Shown here: piece after piece, positions 28,581-42,600 of the stretch
Numbering within the stretch: the first letter of the stretch is position 1
Layout: each line of letters begins with the position of its first letter
Program-made: the position numbers and the translations under genes
Notes under the pieces: model-generated
What the model saw: the letters and a program-made list of their open reading frames with translations, nothing else
What the model was told of the DNA's origin: nothing
Databases searched by the model: none
Origin: Eledone cirrhosa
Lineage: Eukaryota
Reading direction: 5' to 3'
Assembly: GCA_964016885.1 (NCBI GenBank)
Contig: OZ024742.1
Location: 367,164,001 to 367,228,000, forward strand
Length of the DNA: 64,000 bases

Positions 28581-29250
28581 TCTTGAGAATATAATGTACA
28601 TAGGTGAGACAGCTTGTAGCATAGGAGAATGATTAAAAGACTCATCAGTACTCCACCAACATGCTAAAATAGAACATAAGGGCAAATTAGAGAACATAGA
28701 ACTAAAAATAAAATCAACACACAGAAAAGACGCAATGTTTAGACAAATCACAGAGGCAATAAACATAAATGAACTCGAACCAAAATTAAATAGAAAACAT
28801 GAATGGAATAGCATTATCACAACTTACAATTAAGGACAAAATGAAAACACACACACATAGAACAAACGACTAACTAGTAACATTTAAATAAACAAATAAA
28901 TAAACAAATAAAAACACATCAGACACCCGGATGTAACAGATGCGCAAACTAAGCACACAGCACACACAAAAACAAGATGGCGTAGGACAGAACAAAGGTA
29001 AGGCACAAAACAAAGAAAAGAATCCCCAGTCACTGAAGAGGTCACAGAATGTGTGACGAAAGCAATTTGACAATATATGAACAACCATCCGGTTGTGGAA
29101 CCAACCAACCAACCGGAAATTTATAATAAATTGAAGTGAAAGCAATGGTGCGTTTGTTTCTTATTGGCAACATGACCCTCCCAAAGTATAACAATATCGG
29201 TTTCAACACACGTTTACAGATAAATAATCTTGCTAAACAAATTCAGAAAG
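28581..29250 (+). mobile_element. Penelope-like remnant: GIY-YIG tail plus 3'UTR/pLTR
   Basis: MYIGETACSIGE*LKDSSVLHQHAKIEHKG...DAMFRQITEAININELEPKLNRKHEW (28594-28833); HHR at 29029-29071. Confidence 0.82.
29029..29071 (+). ncRNA. Minimal type I hammerhead in Penelope pLTR
   Basis: GTCA-CTGAAGA-g-GTCACA gaatg TGTGAC-GAA-A gcaa T-T-TGAC. Confidence 0.7.
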
Positions 29251-29306
29251 GAAACATATATATATAAAAGATTATGAGTTCATGCAATTGACTTATGTTT
29301 CGTCAC

Positions 29307-29350
<44 letters not shown>

Positions 29351-29439
29351 CGAAACATAAGTCAATTGCATGAACTCATAATCTTTTATATATATATATA
29401 TTTCGTTTCTGAATTTGTTTAGCAAGATTATTTATGTGT
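29216..29439. repeat. Fold-back around a (TA)n loop
   Basis: Arms ~29216-29310 and 29343-29439; contains the HHR 3'-half motif GAAAC ataa GTC. Confidence 0.75.
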
Positions 29440-29440
29440 A

Positions 29441-30366
29441 GTTTCGTGAAATAGTCTTTTTAAGACTATATACAGCATTTGTAGTTTTTCCAAATTGAAG
29501 GATGAGTATTTAAACTTTATTTTATTCTGAGTTAAGACTCTATTGGTTTTTTCCCTGGATTTCACAAAATCTGTGGATAAAATCTGTCTTGATATTTTTT
29601 TAATTGAGTTTGAATTATTTTCCCATATCTTACGTTAATTATTTTCCATTTTGACGTTATAGTCACTTATATATTATGAAATACTGTTGGCTTCTTGCTC
29701 ACATTCATTTCTCTATTTTCATTTATATATATACTCGGAATTTTTTCTAGAGTGCTTAAAATTATTTGTGACTAATCCGGTCTTTTTTTTTTAAAAAACC
29801 GCGATAATATTGCTATTTTGCTGAATTCCTTACATTTTGTAGAGTTTTTCGGAATGTTTTTGACTGCTGTTTCTTGTAAACAGACATTCGTCTCATTCTG
29901 ACGTCTACAGCCATGTTTCTCCATGTGTTTTTATTTTCATAATTCCGCACGAATTGAACTAGCCTGCTTTTAAATTCCCTTTCTGGCATATTTTGGCAGT
30001 GGGACTTTTGGTTATCGTATTGAGCTCTACTGAGGAACGGTTCCAACCGTGACTAATCCCACTGAAAAGTTTCGTGAGATAGTCTTCTTAAGACTATATA
30101 GAGCATTTGTAGTTTTTCCAAATTGAAGGATGAGTATTTAAACTTTATTTTATTCTGAGTTAAGTCTCTATTGGTTTTTTCAATGGATTTCACAAAATCT
30201 GTGGATAAAATCTCTGTCTTGATTTTTTAAAAATTGGGTTTGAATTATTTTCCCATATATTACGTTAATTATTTTCCATTTTGACGTTATAGTCACTTAT
30301 ATATTATGAAATACTGTTGGCTTCTTGCTCACATTAATTTCTCTATTTTCATTTATATTTATATAT
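29441..30366 (+). mobile_element. Non-coding element with ~295-bp direct repeats (period ~628 bp)
   Basis: gtttcgtga(a/g)atagtc...ctctattttcatttatat at 29441-29735 and 30069-30366. CTGAGGA-ACGG just upstream of copy 2. Confidence 0.72.
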
Positions 30367-30369
30367 TTA

Positions 30370-31338
30370 AGAAAACCCACTGTACTAATAGGAAATGTAT
30401 CATATGTAAAGTAAACCCCCGGATAAACTGTAAAACTAGAAACGTAGTCTATAGCATAAGATGTACAGAGGGTACTTGCAGAAACATGACAACAACATAC
30501 ATAGGCGAGACAGCTCGTAGCATAGGTGAAAGGATAGACCAACACTGGGAGGAACTAAAAGGATAAAAAAGGACGAAAAAACGGTGCAGTACTATACGAA
30601 CATGCCAGACAACAACACGACGGTAACATAGGCAACATAGAAATTAGAATAATATCTAAACATAGAAATGACCCAGCAGATAGGCAAATCAGAGAGGCCA
30701 GCGAAATAGAACTTAGAAGGCCAAGGCTAAACAGAAAAAATGAATGGAATAACAACACCCAAACAAACAACACTGACCTAAGAGAAGTATAAATAAATAA
30801 ATAAATAAATACATACACAAGCACAATAACAACAAACACATATAAACACGCACTAGTAAACTAAGATAGAATACAATAACCAAAACACAGTCACCCAAAC
30901 ACGAATACACATCAAACAAAACACTATACACACACGCAAACGCATGCGCAGAGAAGACAAAAAATAAACAAATAAATAAATAAATAAACAAACTAAATAA
31001 AGATAGCGTAGACATACAATGCAACGGGAGGAAACAGTAGCACCACTGACGATGTTGCAGATGTGCAACGAAAGAACTTTGTTAGACTATATATATATAT
31101 GTGTTTGTGTCTATATTGTATCTGTATTTTTTTACCGTTGGTCAGTCAATGGTAACATTGAGGACTGGATAAATTAAATTAAGCGATATAAAGGACATAG
31201 AAGCGAAAACCAACCAAACAGTGAGTGTGTTCTGTTATTAATTCTGGCAATATTATTACACAAATATGACCCTCCCCAAGTATAACAATATTTGTTTCGA
31301 CACACGATTTCATATAAAAAACCTCGCAAAACTAATTC

Positions 31339-31340
<2 letters not shown>
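30370..31340 (+). mobile_element. Penelope-like remnant: Cys-rich linker plus GIY-YIG (frameshifted) plus 3'UTR/pLTR
   Basis: CTNRKCIIC...NCKTRNVVYSIRCTEGTC...YIGETARSIGERIDQH, frameshift near 30565, then AVLYEHARQQH...DRQIREASEIELRRPRLNRKNEW to a stop at 30792. HHR-like CTGACGA-t-GTTGCA gatg TGCAAC-GAAAGAACTT at 31042-31083. Confidence 0.88.
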
Positions 31341-31400
<60 letters not shown>

Positions 31401-31712
31401 CGGGGATTATTGGAAGGTAGTGAATTCGATTCTCGAACTAAGTGGCGCGTTGTTACCTTGAGCAAGAATCTCTATTTCACGTTGCTTCAACGTTTGAAGC
31501 ATGGCAGTTATTAAAATCGAATTCACGTGTTCTTTATCTAGGTATTAATTTTATTTTATATTCTGCTATTAGTAAACATAGTTCTCCGCCATATTTTCTG
31601 TGGAATTCTATATAGTATTGTGGTGTTATTAACTAATGTAGTCCTATCTAATTAGTTGCGGTAGCTATGGTGTAAAAACATGGTGAACCCGCTGGAAGGC
31701 AGACGACCTGTG

Positions 31713-31910
31713 TAGGCACATGGCTTTGATGTTAGGATATTCGGCTCAAGAACGTAAGTTTGATTCCCGGCGGCGCGCTCTGATTATTTCACGTTACTCC
31801 TGTCCTACTCAGCTGGCAAAAATCAGTTTACCTGTCATAGTTTTACGCTGAGTCTCCCTGAGAACTACGTTATGGGTACGCTTCTTTGTGGAATGCTCGG
31901 CCACTTGCTC
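31713..31910 (+). mobile_element. SINE, same family as 22713
   Basis: aggcacatggcttt..gttagg...atttcacgttactcc...actcagctggcaaaa...tccctgagaactac. Confidence 0.62.
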
Positions 31911-32195
31911 GTGCTTCAAAAGTTAAGTCATTTTAAATATGGCGTCCACAATTTACTACAACTCCCAAGATACTTTATGACTAAGCGCGTGACAATTACG
32001 CTAGTAGTATGACAAATCTGTTACTGAATATGGATCTGTGAAGGTTTCCAAATATTAATATACACCTGGCATTAGGTGTGTTATTGTTGCAAACTAGATT
32101 TAAACAACTACAAACAAAATAGGAAGAAACTTTAATAAATACAATCAACTGGACTACAGTCTTACTTTCAATGCATGTTAGAAAGAAACGTTTTT

Positions 32196-32305
<110 letters not shown>

Positions 32306-32952
32306 TGCAACAAACCAAAGAAATGTATCAAATAAAAAGAAAAAGACTGAAATAGAACAGACGTTTTTCAACTTACCAAATAACAGACGTTACACGGCCC
32401 AGTCTGTCTTCCTCTATCCCCTCTTCCTGGTGGTTCTCCGCCATACTTCATTATACGGTGGACCCTACTCCATGTTTTGTTCTGTTTCTCTCCTATATAT
32501 ATTTCTTCTCTGTCTAAACTACCAAACCATGTTTCTATTCCTTTCACTTCCTTTTCAACTGTAGGCATTTAGTTTGTAGAATTTTTTCTATTTTTTCGTC
32601 TTTATTTGTGTAACTCTACAGCTTCTGTTGGGCCCCAATGTGCACTGGAACGATAAGTATCAACCTTTATGAGCAGTAACTATAGTGATTTCTGGAGGTT
32701 GATTGAATTGTCCGTTTTCCCTTCTATTTGTTCTCTGTATCCCCTGATTTGCATTCATATTCGAAAGTGTGACCCACCACGTGGGCCTTTATAAGCATAT
32801 ATATATATATATATGTATATATATATGTATATATATATATATATATATGCATACACACATACATATATATAGATATATAGATATATATGCATACACACAT
32901 ACATATATATAGATATATAGATATATATGCATACACACATATATATGTGTAT

Positions 32953-33541
32953 GGTGGCTGCCAACTCGTTTTCGAGTACGGCCACTACTTTATCTCCATG
33001 TAGGAGAATCCCTACCGATGCGCTGAACGAGTGACTTTTTAGTCCAGCCAGCGACTTGAAAACTCTGGTACAAACACTACACTTGTGATAATTATTGACA
33101 CATAGTGCTGGGCCCATGGTACCATGTGACGACAAGTGCAGAGAGATCTCCAGATATAAAGCAATGCCTGTGCCGTGAAGCTTTTATAGTGAGCAAAGGC
33201 ACTGCACAAAACCAGTCCCACTCTCTTAACCAAGATGATATTTATCAAAAAGAAGAACAAGTCAACATCAGGGTTGCAGGTGTTATATCAGAGTTTTCCT
33301 TCTCCTAGAATTCTGCCTTGACAAAGGCTAAGGGGTCATCTCTCCCGGTGATTTTGGATGGCCATTGACTCTTAAGAGCTCCTTTTCCCTATGACAGGTC
33401 TTGTTTTTAGTCCTGCAGGATGTCCAAAGTCACCCTCCTCACCAAGAAACCTTGGTGGGGTTGCCAGTTTAGTCGCCAACGACCCGACCATGATACAGGT
33501 TGTACTGGGATACATCTTACCAGTAGCACCAACTGGTGACC
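32953..33541 (-). mobile_element. Family C copy 3
   Basis: Reverse complement of 4304-4907 with small deletions. Confidence 0.85.
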
Positions 33542-33657
33542 TGACATATATGTGTATATACACATATATACACACATATTTATGTATACATATATATATA
33601 CACATATATATATACATATATATATATACACACATAAATATACACACATATACATAG

Positions 33658-33697
<40 letters not shown>

Positions 33698-33974
33698 GGA
33701 CATATATATACATACACATATATATATATACACATATACATACACACAGATATACACATATATATACACATATATATACACATATATATACATATAATAA
33801 TAATATTATTTATACTTATATATACACTATATATAATTATAAACAGGAAAGTTCAGTAATTCATTACTACCTTATTACCAGTAAGAAAAATAGCTCAATG
33901 TAAATACATGAGATGTTTTACAGAGCAGGAATATAAATTACAGAATAATCAAAACTATGTTCAAAAAATTTAAT

Positions 33975-34021
33975 TGCTGACAATCGTTTCTTCCAAACTT
34001 TCGTCTAAAATCATCGGAGCA
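33975..34021 (-). ncRNA. Type I hammerhead (U4>C core variant)
   Basis: TGCT-CCGATGA-TTTTAGAC GAAA GTTTGGAA-GAA-AC gatt GT-C-AGCA. 8-bp stem II with GNRA loop; GUC triplet. Confidence 0.68.
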
Positions 34022-34140
34022 CTAGCAAAGTTTAGACATATAATTAACTTCCTATTCCACAGAACAATCAAAGATACATAGATATTAATGTTGTCATCAA
34101 CAGTGTCATATTTACATGTGGAGATGTTGAGGTCAGTATC

Positions 34141-34321
<181 letters not shown>

Positions 34322-34441
34322 TCTATATATATATGTATATATATATGTATATATATATATGTATATATATATAATTTTTTATCAGTTTAGCTGTATACAT
34401 ATATATATATACATATATATATACATATATATATATATAGA

Positions 34442-34588
<147 letters not shown>

Positions 34589-34618
34589 ACATATATATAT
34601 ATATATATATATATATGT

Positions 34619-34761
<143 letters not shown>

Positions 34762-35388
34762 TCTATATATATATATATGTATATATATATGTATATATAT
34801 ATATGTATATATATATAATTTTTTATCAGTTTAGCTGTGACATGTCCTCTCTCCCTATCTATTTTGTTGCTATCAACTCTTCCCCCTCTTTCTTCCCCTC
34901 CCTTTCTCCCTCTCACTTTCACTCTCCCTCTCTCTGCTAGCCACCTCACTGTTTCTCTCGGCTCTTCTTCTAGCTGTCTCTTTCTCACTTACTCTTGCGG
35001 AGGTCAGACGTTTTTTTCTCGTTCACAGAACCTCGAACTTATGTTCAGTAATTGATGTTGACTTGAATTGTTTCTCTCTCTTCAAGTTGCTCACACATGT
35101 GCTTCGGTTTTCCCTTTTCGGTTTGGATTTTCCCGGGTATTTGATTTTCGCTGTTTATTTTTTCCTTTTTCTTCCCTTTTTCCTTCTGTTACATATTTTT
35201 TCTCTCTCTCTCTCTTTTTTCCGAATAACTTCCTTTAGTAATTGACGCACTGGGGTAAGATATATTGTCTTTAATGAAATATCCATGTCCCCCAGTAGAC
35301 AACTGATGAAGGAAAATTTTCTCCCGTTCATGCTTTCTTCTTATTTTTAAGTATACCTTATCCAGCAACTACACAGCCCCTGTTTCTT

Positions 35389-35493
<105 letters not shown>

Positions 35494-36679
35494 TAAAATA
35501 ACAGATTAAAGTTTAAGCAAAGAATCGCTGCTTTCACCCTTAACGGGATCTTCTGAAACTGATTTGGATTTTAGTCTTCAATTTTATCATTATTACTATA
35601 TATATATATATATATAGTCCAGAAATAGCCGTCGAAACGGCTTGAGCTCTGCCGTCGGCGTCATACATTTTCCTATTTCCCACTCTACTACCCTAAGTAT
35701 TGAGTACTCTGGTCTGGTGCGTTATGGTCCATCTGGTTCCTTACGATAATTTCCTTTGTTATATATATATATATATATATATATACAGATATACATACAT
35801 ATACATACATATACATACATATACATATACATACATATACATACATATTTATATATATACATGTTCATATATAAATATATATAAATGTATACATACATAC
35901 ATACACATATATATATATATATATATCATCCTTTATATTGGATGAGTAAAGTATAGAGTATGGTAATGGTTGCTTAACGTCTCTCACAAAACTCAAACGT
36001 GAGGAATAAACATGGCTGATTATTCCTGTTTCGTGTTTCACCATTACTGCTTTGTATCTTTTCTCTGCTGTTGCTCTTGTTGTTGTTACAGCTATTTCTT
36101 CTTCAGCTCTATCTCTATGTATGGCAAACTTTCAACAACATATTCAACTTATCTTTTCTAATCTGCTTTGCTTCCATCATTTTTCAGCTACTAAAGAATG
36201 GAATGTACATGCATATGGATGTCGGACACGAATCGGAATCAGTAACATATGGATAATAATTTGTAAGATTAATCGATGAATGAGGAAAAAATAAATTCAC
36301 TAAAAATACCACCAACAACAGCAACAACAAGACGAATAAAATTTCGGAAGATGGTTACATCAATAGAAATATATTTAGCATAATATGAAAATAAAAATAT
36401 TGCACGTGAAAGGAAATATTTTGTAAAGAAACAGAATGAGCTAAAACATCCTAAAATCCTGGGGAAAGAAAGAAAAGAACACTTATGTTCTTATGTTTAT
36501 ATATATATATATAAGTACATAATATATAAGTACATATATATATATGCAGAGGTTATATTTAATTTGTTGGAATTCAACAAGCTTAAACATATTTATAACT
36601 GATATAAAGCACTCAACAAAGTAGTGGAGTAAATACACAATATATTAATAAATGGAAACTATATTTATAAAACCATATT

Positions 36680-36758
36680 TATTTTATTATAGATATTTCA
36701 AGAGCAACCAAGGTAAATTATGGTGCGCTTTTATGGTGCGCTTTCATCAGGTAAAATA
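36680..36758 (-). ncRNA. Type I hammerhead ribozyme (family B relative)
   Basis: TATTTTAC-CTGATGA-AAG...CTT-GAAA-TATCTA-TA-ATAAAATA; short internal duplication in stem II. Confidence 0.6.
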
Positions 36759-36958
36759 CAGATTTGTTTTATAAATAAATATTGACATAACCTGAAAAAA
36801 GACAACTTTAACGGTTGGAGCTTCCTGGATAGTGGAGATAGTACATTTATTGAGGGTAATACAAAGTTATGAGTGAGTATGCAAATGAGTGTCCGAAAGG
36901 TTTAAAAGATAACGGTTTATTTAAACTGTTGGAAAAAGATAATATGTAAGGGACAGAG

Positions 36959-37059
<101 letters not shown>

Positions 37060-37796
37060 TTATATTTATATATATATATATAAGTACATAATATCTAAGT
37101 ACAATCTATATATATATATATATAATTCTTCATGGAATACTCGTATGTGGAACTTGACCACCACAGAATCCACGAAACATCCTAGGATTTTACCAACTTT
37201 TCAACCATCCTCTTACGGAATCACCTATATAACTCACCCACACACACACCCCAAACATCTTTTTTTCTCCACACGCCACCTACACCCACAACACGCTTAA
37301 ACCCCACACACACGTGCTTTCCACCACATATTTCCACCCTCAGCCTCCTGATTCCTCTCCCCCCTCTACCCACACACGCACAGACACTCCGACCTACAAC
37401 CCCCCCCCCCCCCCACACACACCTCTTCCTGAACATGCAACCCCGTTCTTCCCCCAACCCTTACTTTCACATACACACACACACACACACACACACGTAC
37501 ACCTACACACACACACCACTTTCAGCCCTCCCCGCTCGGACACACCGTCTCCCTCTCCCCACTCCACCCGCCACCACCCCTACACACCCCACACCCTTCC
37601 ACCACCTGTTTTACCCCCCTTTTAATTTCAGTTTATTTTGATCATGCTTTTTTATTTAATTTTATTTCATTCCTTGTATTTTGATTATGCTTTATTTTTA
37701 TTTTTATTTTTAATTTCATTCGCACCGTTTCCTTTCGCTATATGTCTCTCCACCACTCCCCTACACACCCTTTGAACTCTGTTCCCACACACTTCT

Positions 37797-37830
37797 CACC
37801 TGAGGAAGGGCTTATCCCTGAAGCGTCGTT
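37797..37830 (+). ncRNA. Degenerate minimal hammerhead at a PLE-like 3' end
   Basis: cac-CTGAGGA-AGGG cttat CCCT-GAAg-CG-TC-gt. AATAAA follows ~35 nt downstream, then (TA)n. Confidence 0.5.
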
Positions 37831-37959
37831 CCCCACCACCACCTCACTCTCCAGAGCGTGAAATTAATAAACATTCGTTGTACTGCCTCTCTGTTTTGTT
37901 CCTGTTCAAATTTTTCCATTATATATATATATATATATATATAAGAACATAATATATAA

Positions 37960-37990
<31 letters not shown>

Positions 37991-38010
37991 AGTACATAAT
38001 ATATAAGTAC

Positions 38011-38057
<47 letters not shown>

Positions 38058-38652
38058 CACAGTCACGCATATATATATACTCGCACACACACACATACGT
38101 GTATATATATGTGTGTGTGTGTGTGTGTGCAGGTGTATATGCGTGACTATGTGTGCACACATATATATATGTATGTGCGTGTGTATATGTGTGTGTGCGT
38201 GCGTGTGTAGTCATGCATATATATATATAATCACACACACAAACACACACATTTATCTATATATATATATATTTAGACACATAAACATACATACATACAC
38301 ACATACACGAAAGTATCCATACATACTTACACACACATACTCATACACACACATATAAATACTCATACGCGCACACACATACACACACACACACACATAT
38401 ATATATATATCTTTCCACATTCGGGGAACGATAGAGTGGTGTCCAGTAATGTACTGGAGTTTATTTGAGAGATGCTCTCCTCCCGTGTAAGATCTTAGGT
38501 AGCACTAGGCCACCAAGGACGGCGGTAAAGATGAAAGGAAAGATCAGAATCAAAGGAAGAATTGTAGCCTATAATGGCCAGTAATGTATATAGACATCTG
38601 TTAGTCTCTTCTGTACATTTTGACCATTGATATATATATTTGATATAGAAAT

Positions 38653-38703
38653 GGCTTCTACAGGACTAGAACCGTTTCATTCGGGAGAAATCATCAGGAA
38701 GCC
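38653..38703 (-). ncRNA. Type I hammerhead ribozyme (family D variant) in a fold-back element 38633-38780
   Basis: GGCTTC-CTGATGA-tTTC tccc GAAt-GAA-ACGG ttctagtc CTGT-A-GAAGCC. Stem I covaries relative to the copy at 2585. Confidence 0.8.
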
Positions 38704-39025
38704 GACTTCGAGAGTTGATTATTTCTCCCGAATGAAACAGTTCTAGTCCTGTAGAAGCCATTTCTATATTAAATATTTATACTCTGCTTTGTATTGTGGT
38801 TACCCCCGATAAACCTTTATATATATATATATATATTGGTAAACGGAATAGAAAATGGTGACAAATTGTTCACAGTTGAAAAATGGTTTCATTAGGAATA
38901 AAAGAGTATTAGTGATTGTATGGGTTAGTATTCAGTTGTGGTTTTAAGTATTTAAGTTTTTACCGGTTGCGCATTTCTAAATGCTTTTCAAAAATAATTT
39001 TGAGATAGAGTGTCCGTGCTGTTTG

Positions 39026-39100
<75 letters not shown>

Positions 39101-39304
39101 AGGAAGCGAGTTTTATTGTAGCACAATAAAGCAATGCAAATATCGGATAAGTAGCACTCAACAGGTTATAGGACTGGAGTATCAATAATATGAAATCAAA
39201 AGATGGTTAAAAGAGTTCCATGTAGTTTATTATGTGCATTTCAATATGTCGATTTCACACTTCACTGCTCGCAAGTGTTTTTTAAGCTTCATATCATGTC
39301 TTCC

Positions 39305-39375
39305 TATTTTATCTGATGAGAACATAAATATTATCCCATGGTGATATTTCTTTTTTAAGTGCGCATAATAAAATA
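39305..39375 (+). ncRNA. Degenerate type I hammerhead in a fold-back element (arms 39195-39240 / 39357-39404)
   Basis: TATTTTAT-CTGATGA-..AAATATTAT cccatg GTGATATTT..-tAAg-TGCGCA-TA-ATAAAATA. The inverted arm retains GAAA TGCACA TA. Confidence 0.55.
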
Positions 39376-39403
39376 CATGGAACTCATTTAACCATCTTTT
39401 GAT

Positions 39404-39443
<40 letters not shown>

Positions 39444-39639
39444 TGTGTGTGTGTGTGTGTGTGTGTGTACAGAGAGTGGAAGAGAGAGAAAAAGAGTGAG
39501 AAAGAGATAGCGAGAGAATGAGAGAGACGTGTGATAGTCTGGTCAGTCATTTGAGACTAGTGATATATATAGACATCTGACGGTGTGGTCAATCCATTGT
39601 GACCAATGATGTATAAACACATTTGATAGTCTGGTCAAT

Positions 39640-42600
39640 ACAAGGAATATTACAGTATACATATACCTGAGCCCATTTACAAGGAATATTACAGTATACA
39701 TATACCTGAGCACATTTACAAAGAATATTACAGTCTACATTTACCTGTGCTCATTTACAAAGAATATTACAGTATACATGTACCTGAGCACATTTACAAA
39801 GAATATTACAGTATACATGTACTTGGGCACATTTACAAAGAATATTACAGTATACATTTACCTGAGCACATTTACAAAGAATATTACAGTATACATGTAC
39901 CTGAGCACATTTACAAAGAATATTACAGTATACATGTACTTGGGCACATTTACAAAGAATATTACAGTATACATTTACCTGAGCACATTTACAAAGAATA
40001 TTACAGTATACATTTACCTGAGCTCATTTACAAAGAATATTATAGTATACATGTACCTGAGCACATTTACAAAGAATATTACAGTATACATTTACCTGAG
40101 CACATTTACAAAGAATATTACAGTATACATTTACCTGAGCACATTTACAAAGAATATTACAGTATACATTTACCTGAGCATATTTACAAAGAATATTACA
40201 GTATACATTTACCTGAGCACATTTACAAAGAATATTACAGTATACATTTACCTGAGCACATTTACAAAGAATATTACAGTATACATTTACCTGAGCACAT
40301 TTACAAAGAATATTACAGTATACATTTACCTGAGCACATTTGCAGAGAATATTACAGTATACATTTACCTGAGCACATTTACAGAGAATATTACAGTATA
40401 CATTTACCTGAGCACATTTACAAAGAATATTACAGTATACATGTACCTGAGCTCATTTACAAAGAATATTATAGTATACATGTACCTGAGCACATTTACA
40501 AAGAATATTACAGTATACATGTACTTGGGCACATTTACAAAGAATATTACAGTATACATGTACCTGAGCACATTTACAAAGAATATTACAGTATACATGT
40601 ACATGAGCTCATTTACAAAGAATATTATAGTATACATGTACCTGAGCACATTTACAAAGAATATTACAGTATACATTTACCTGAGCACATTTACAAAGAA
40701 TATTACAGTATACATTTACCTGAGCACATTTACAAAGAATATTACAGTATACATTTACCTGAGCAGATTTACAAAGAATATTACAGTATACATTTACCTG
40801 AGCACATTTACAAAGAATATTACAGTATACATTTACCTGAGCACATTTACAAAGAATATTACAGTATACATTTACCTGAGCACATTTACAAAGAATATTA
40901 CAGTATACATTTACCTGAGCACATTTACAAAGAATATTACAGTATACATGTACCTGAGCTCATTTACAAAGAATATTATAGTATACATGTACCTGAGCAC
41001 ATTTACAAAGAATATTACAGTATACATATAGAGTACATTGACAAAGAATATTACAGTATACATTTACTTGGGCACATTTACAAAGAATATTACAATATAC
41101 ATGTACTTGGGCACATTTACAAAGAATATTACAGTATACATGTACTTGGGCACATTTACAAAGAATATTACAGTATACATGTACCTGAGCACATTTACAA
41201 AGAATATAACAGTATACATGTACCTGAGCACATTTACAAAGAGTATTACAGTATACATGTACTTAGGCACATTTACAAAGAATATTACAGTATACATGTA
41301 CTTGGGCACATTTACAAAGAATATTACAGTATACATGTACTTGGGCACATTTACAAAGAATATTACAGTATACATGTACCTGAGCACATATACAAAGAAT
41401 ATTATAGTATACATGTACCTGAGCACATTTACAAAGAATATTACAGTATACATCTACCTGAGCACATTTACAAAGAATATTACAGTATACATATACCTGA
41501 GCACATTTAGAAAGAATATTACAGTATACATGTACCTGAGCACATTTACAAAAAATATTACAGTATACATATACCTGAGCACATTTACAAAGAATATTAT
41601 AGTATACATATACCTGAGCACATTTACAAAGAATATTACAGTATACATATACCTCAGCACATTTACAAAGAATATTACAGTATACATGTACCTGAGCACA
41701 TTTACAAAGAATATTACAGTATACATTTACCTGTGCTCATTTACAAAGAATATTACAGTATACATGTACCTGAGCACATTTACAAAGAATATTACAGGGT
41801 TCATGTACTTGGGCACATTTACAAAGAATATTACAGTATACATTTACCTGAGCACATTTACAAAGAATATTACAGTATACATGTACATGAGCTCTTTTAC
41901 AAATAATATTATGGTATACATGTACCTGAGCACATTTACAAAGAATATTACAGTATACATGTACCTGAGCACATTTACAAAGAATATTACAGTATACATG
42001 TACCTGAGCACATTTACAAAGAATATTACAATATACATTTACTTGGGCACATTTACAAGGAATATTACAATATACATGTACCTGAGCACAATTTCAAAGA
42101 ATATTACAGTATACATATACCTGAGCACATTTACAAAGAATATTACAGCATACATATACCTGAGCACATTTACAAAGAATATTACAGTATACATATACCT
42201 GAGCACATTTACAAAGAATATTACAGCATACATATACCTGAGCACAATTACAAAGAATATTACAGTATACATGTACCTGAGCACATTTATAAAAAAAATT
42301 TCAGTATACATATACCTGAGCACATTTACAAAGAATATTATAGTATACATATACCTCAGCACATTTACAAAGAATATTGCAGTATACATTTACCTGTGCT
42401 CATTTACAAAGAATATTACAGTATACATGTACCTGAGCACATTTACAAAGAATATTACAGTATACATTTACCTGTGTTCATTTACAAAGAATATTACCGT
42501 ATACACGTACCTGAGCACATTTTCAAAGAATATTACAGTATACATGTACTTGGGCACATTTACAAAGAATATTACAGTATACATATACCTGAGCACATTA

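Noticed and set aside
32953-33035. HDV-like ribozyme on the antisense of the family C 3' end (GGTGGCT..ACTCGTT..GGCCACT..AACGAGT)
   Set aside because: There is too little sequence for P3/L3 and no P1.1; the pairing is explained by the 3' terminal hairpin of the retroposon.
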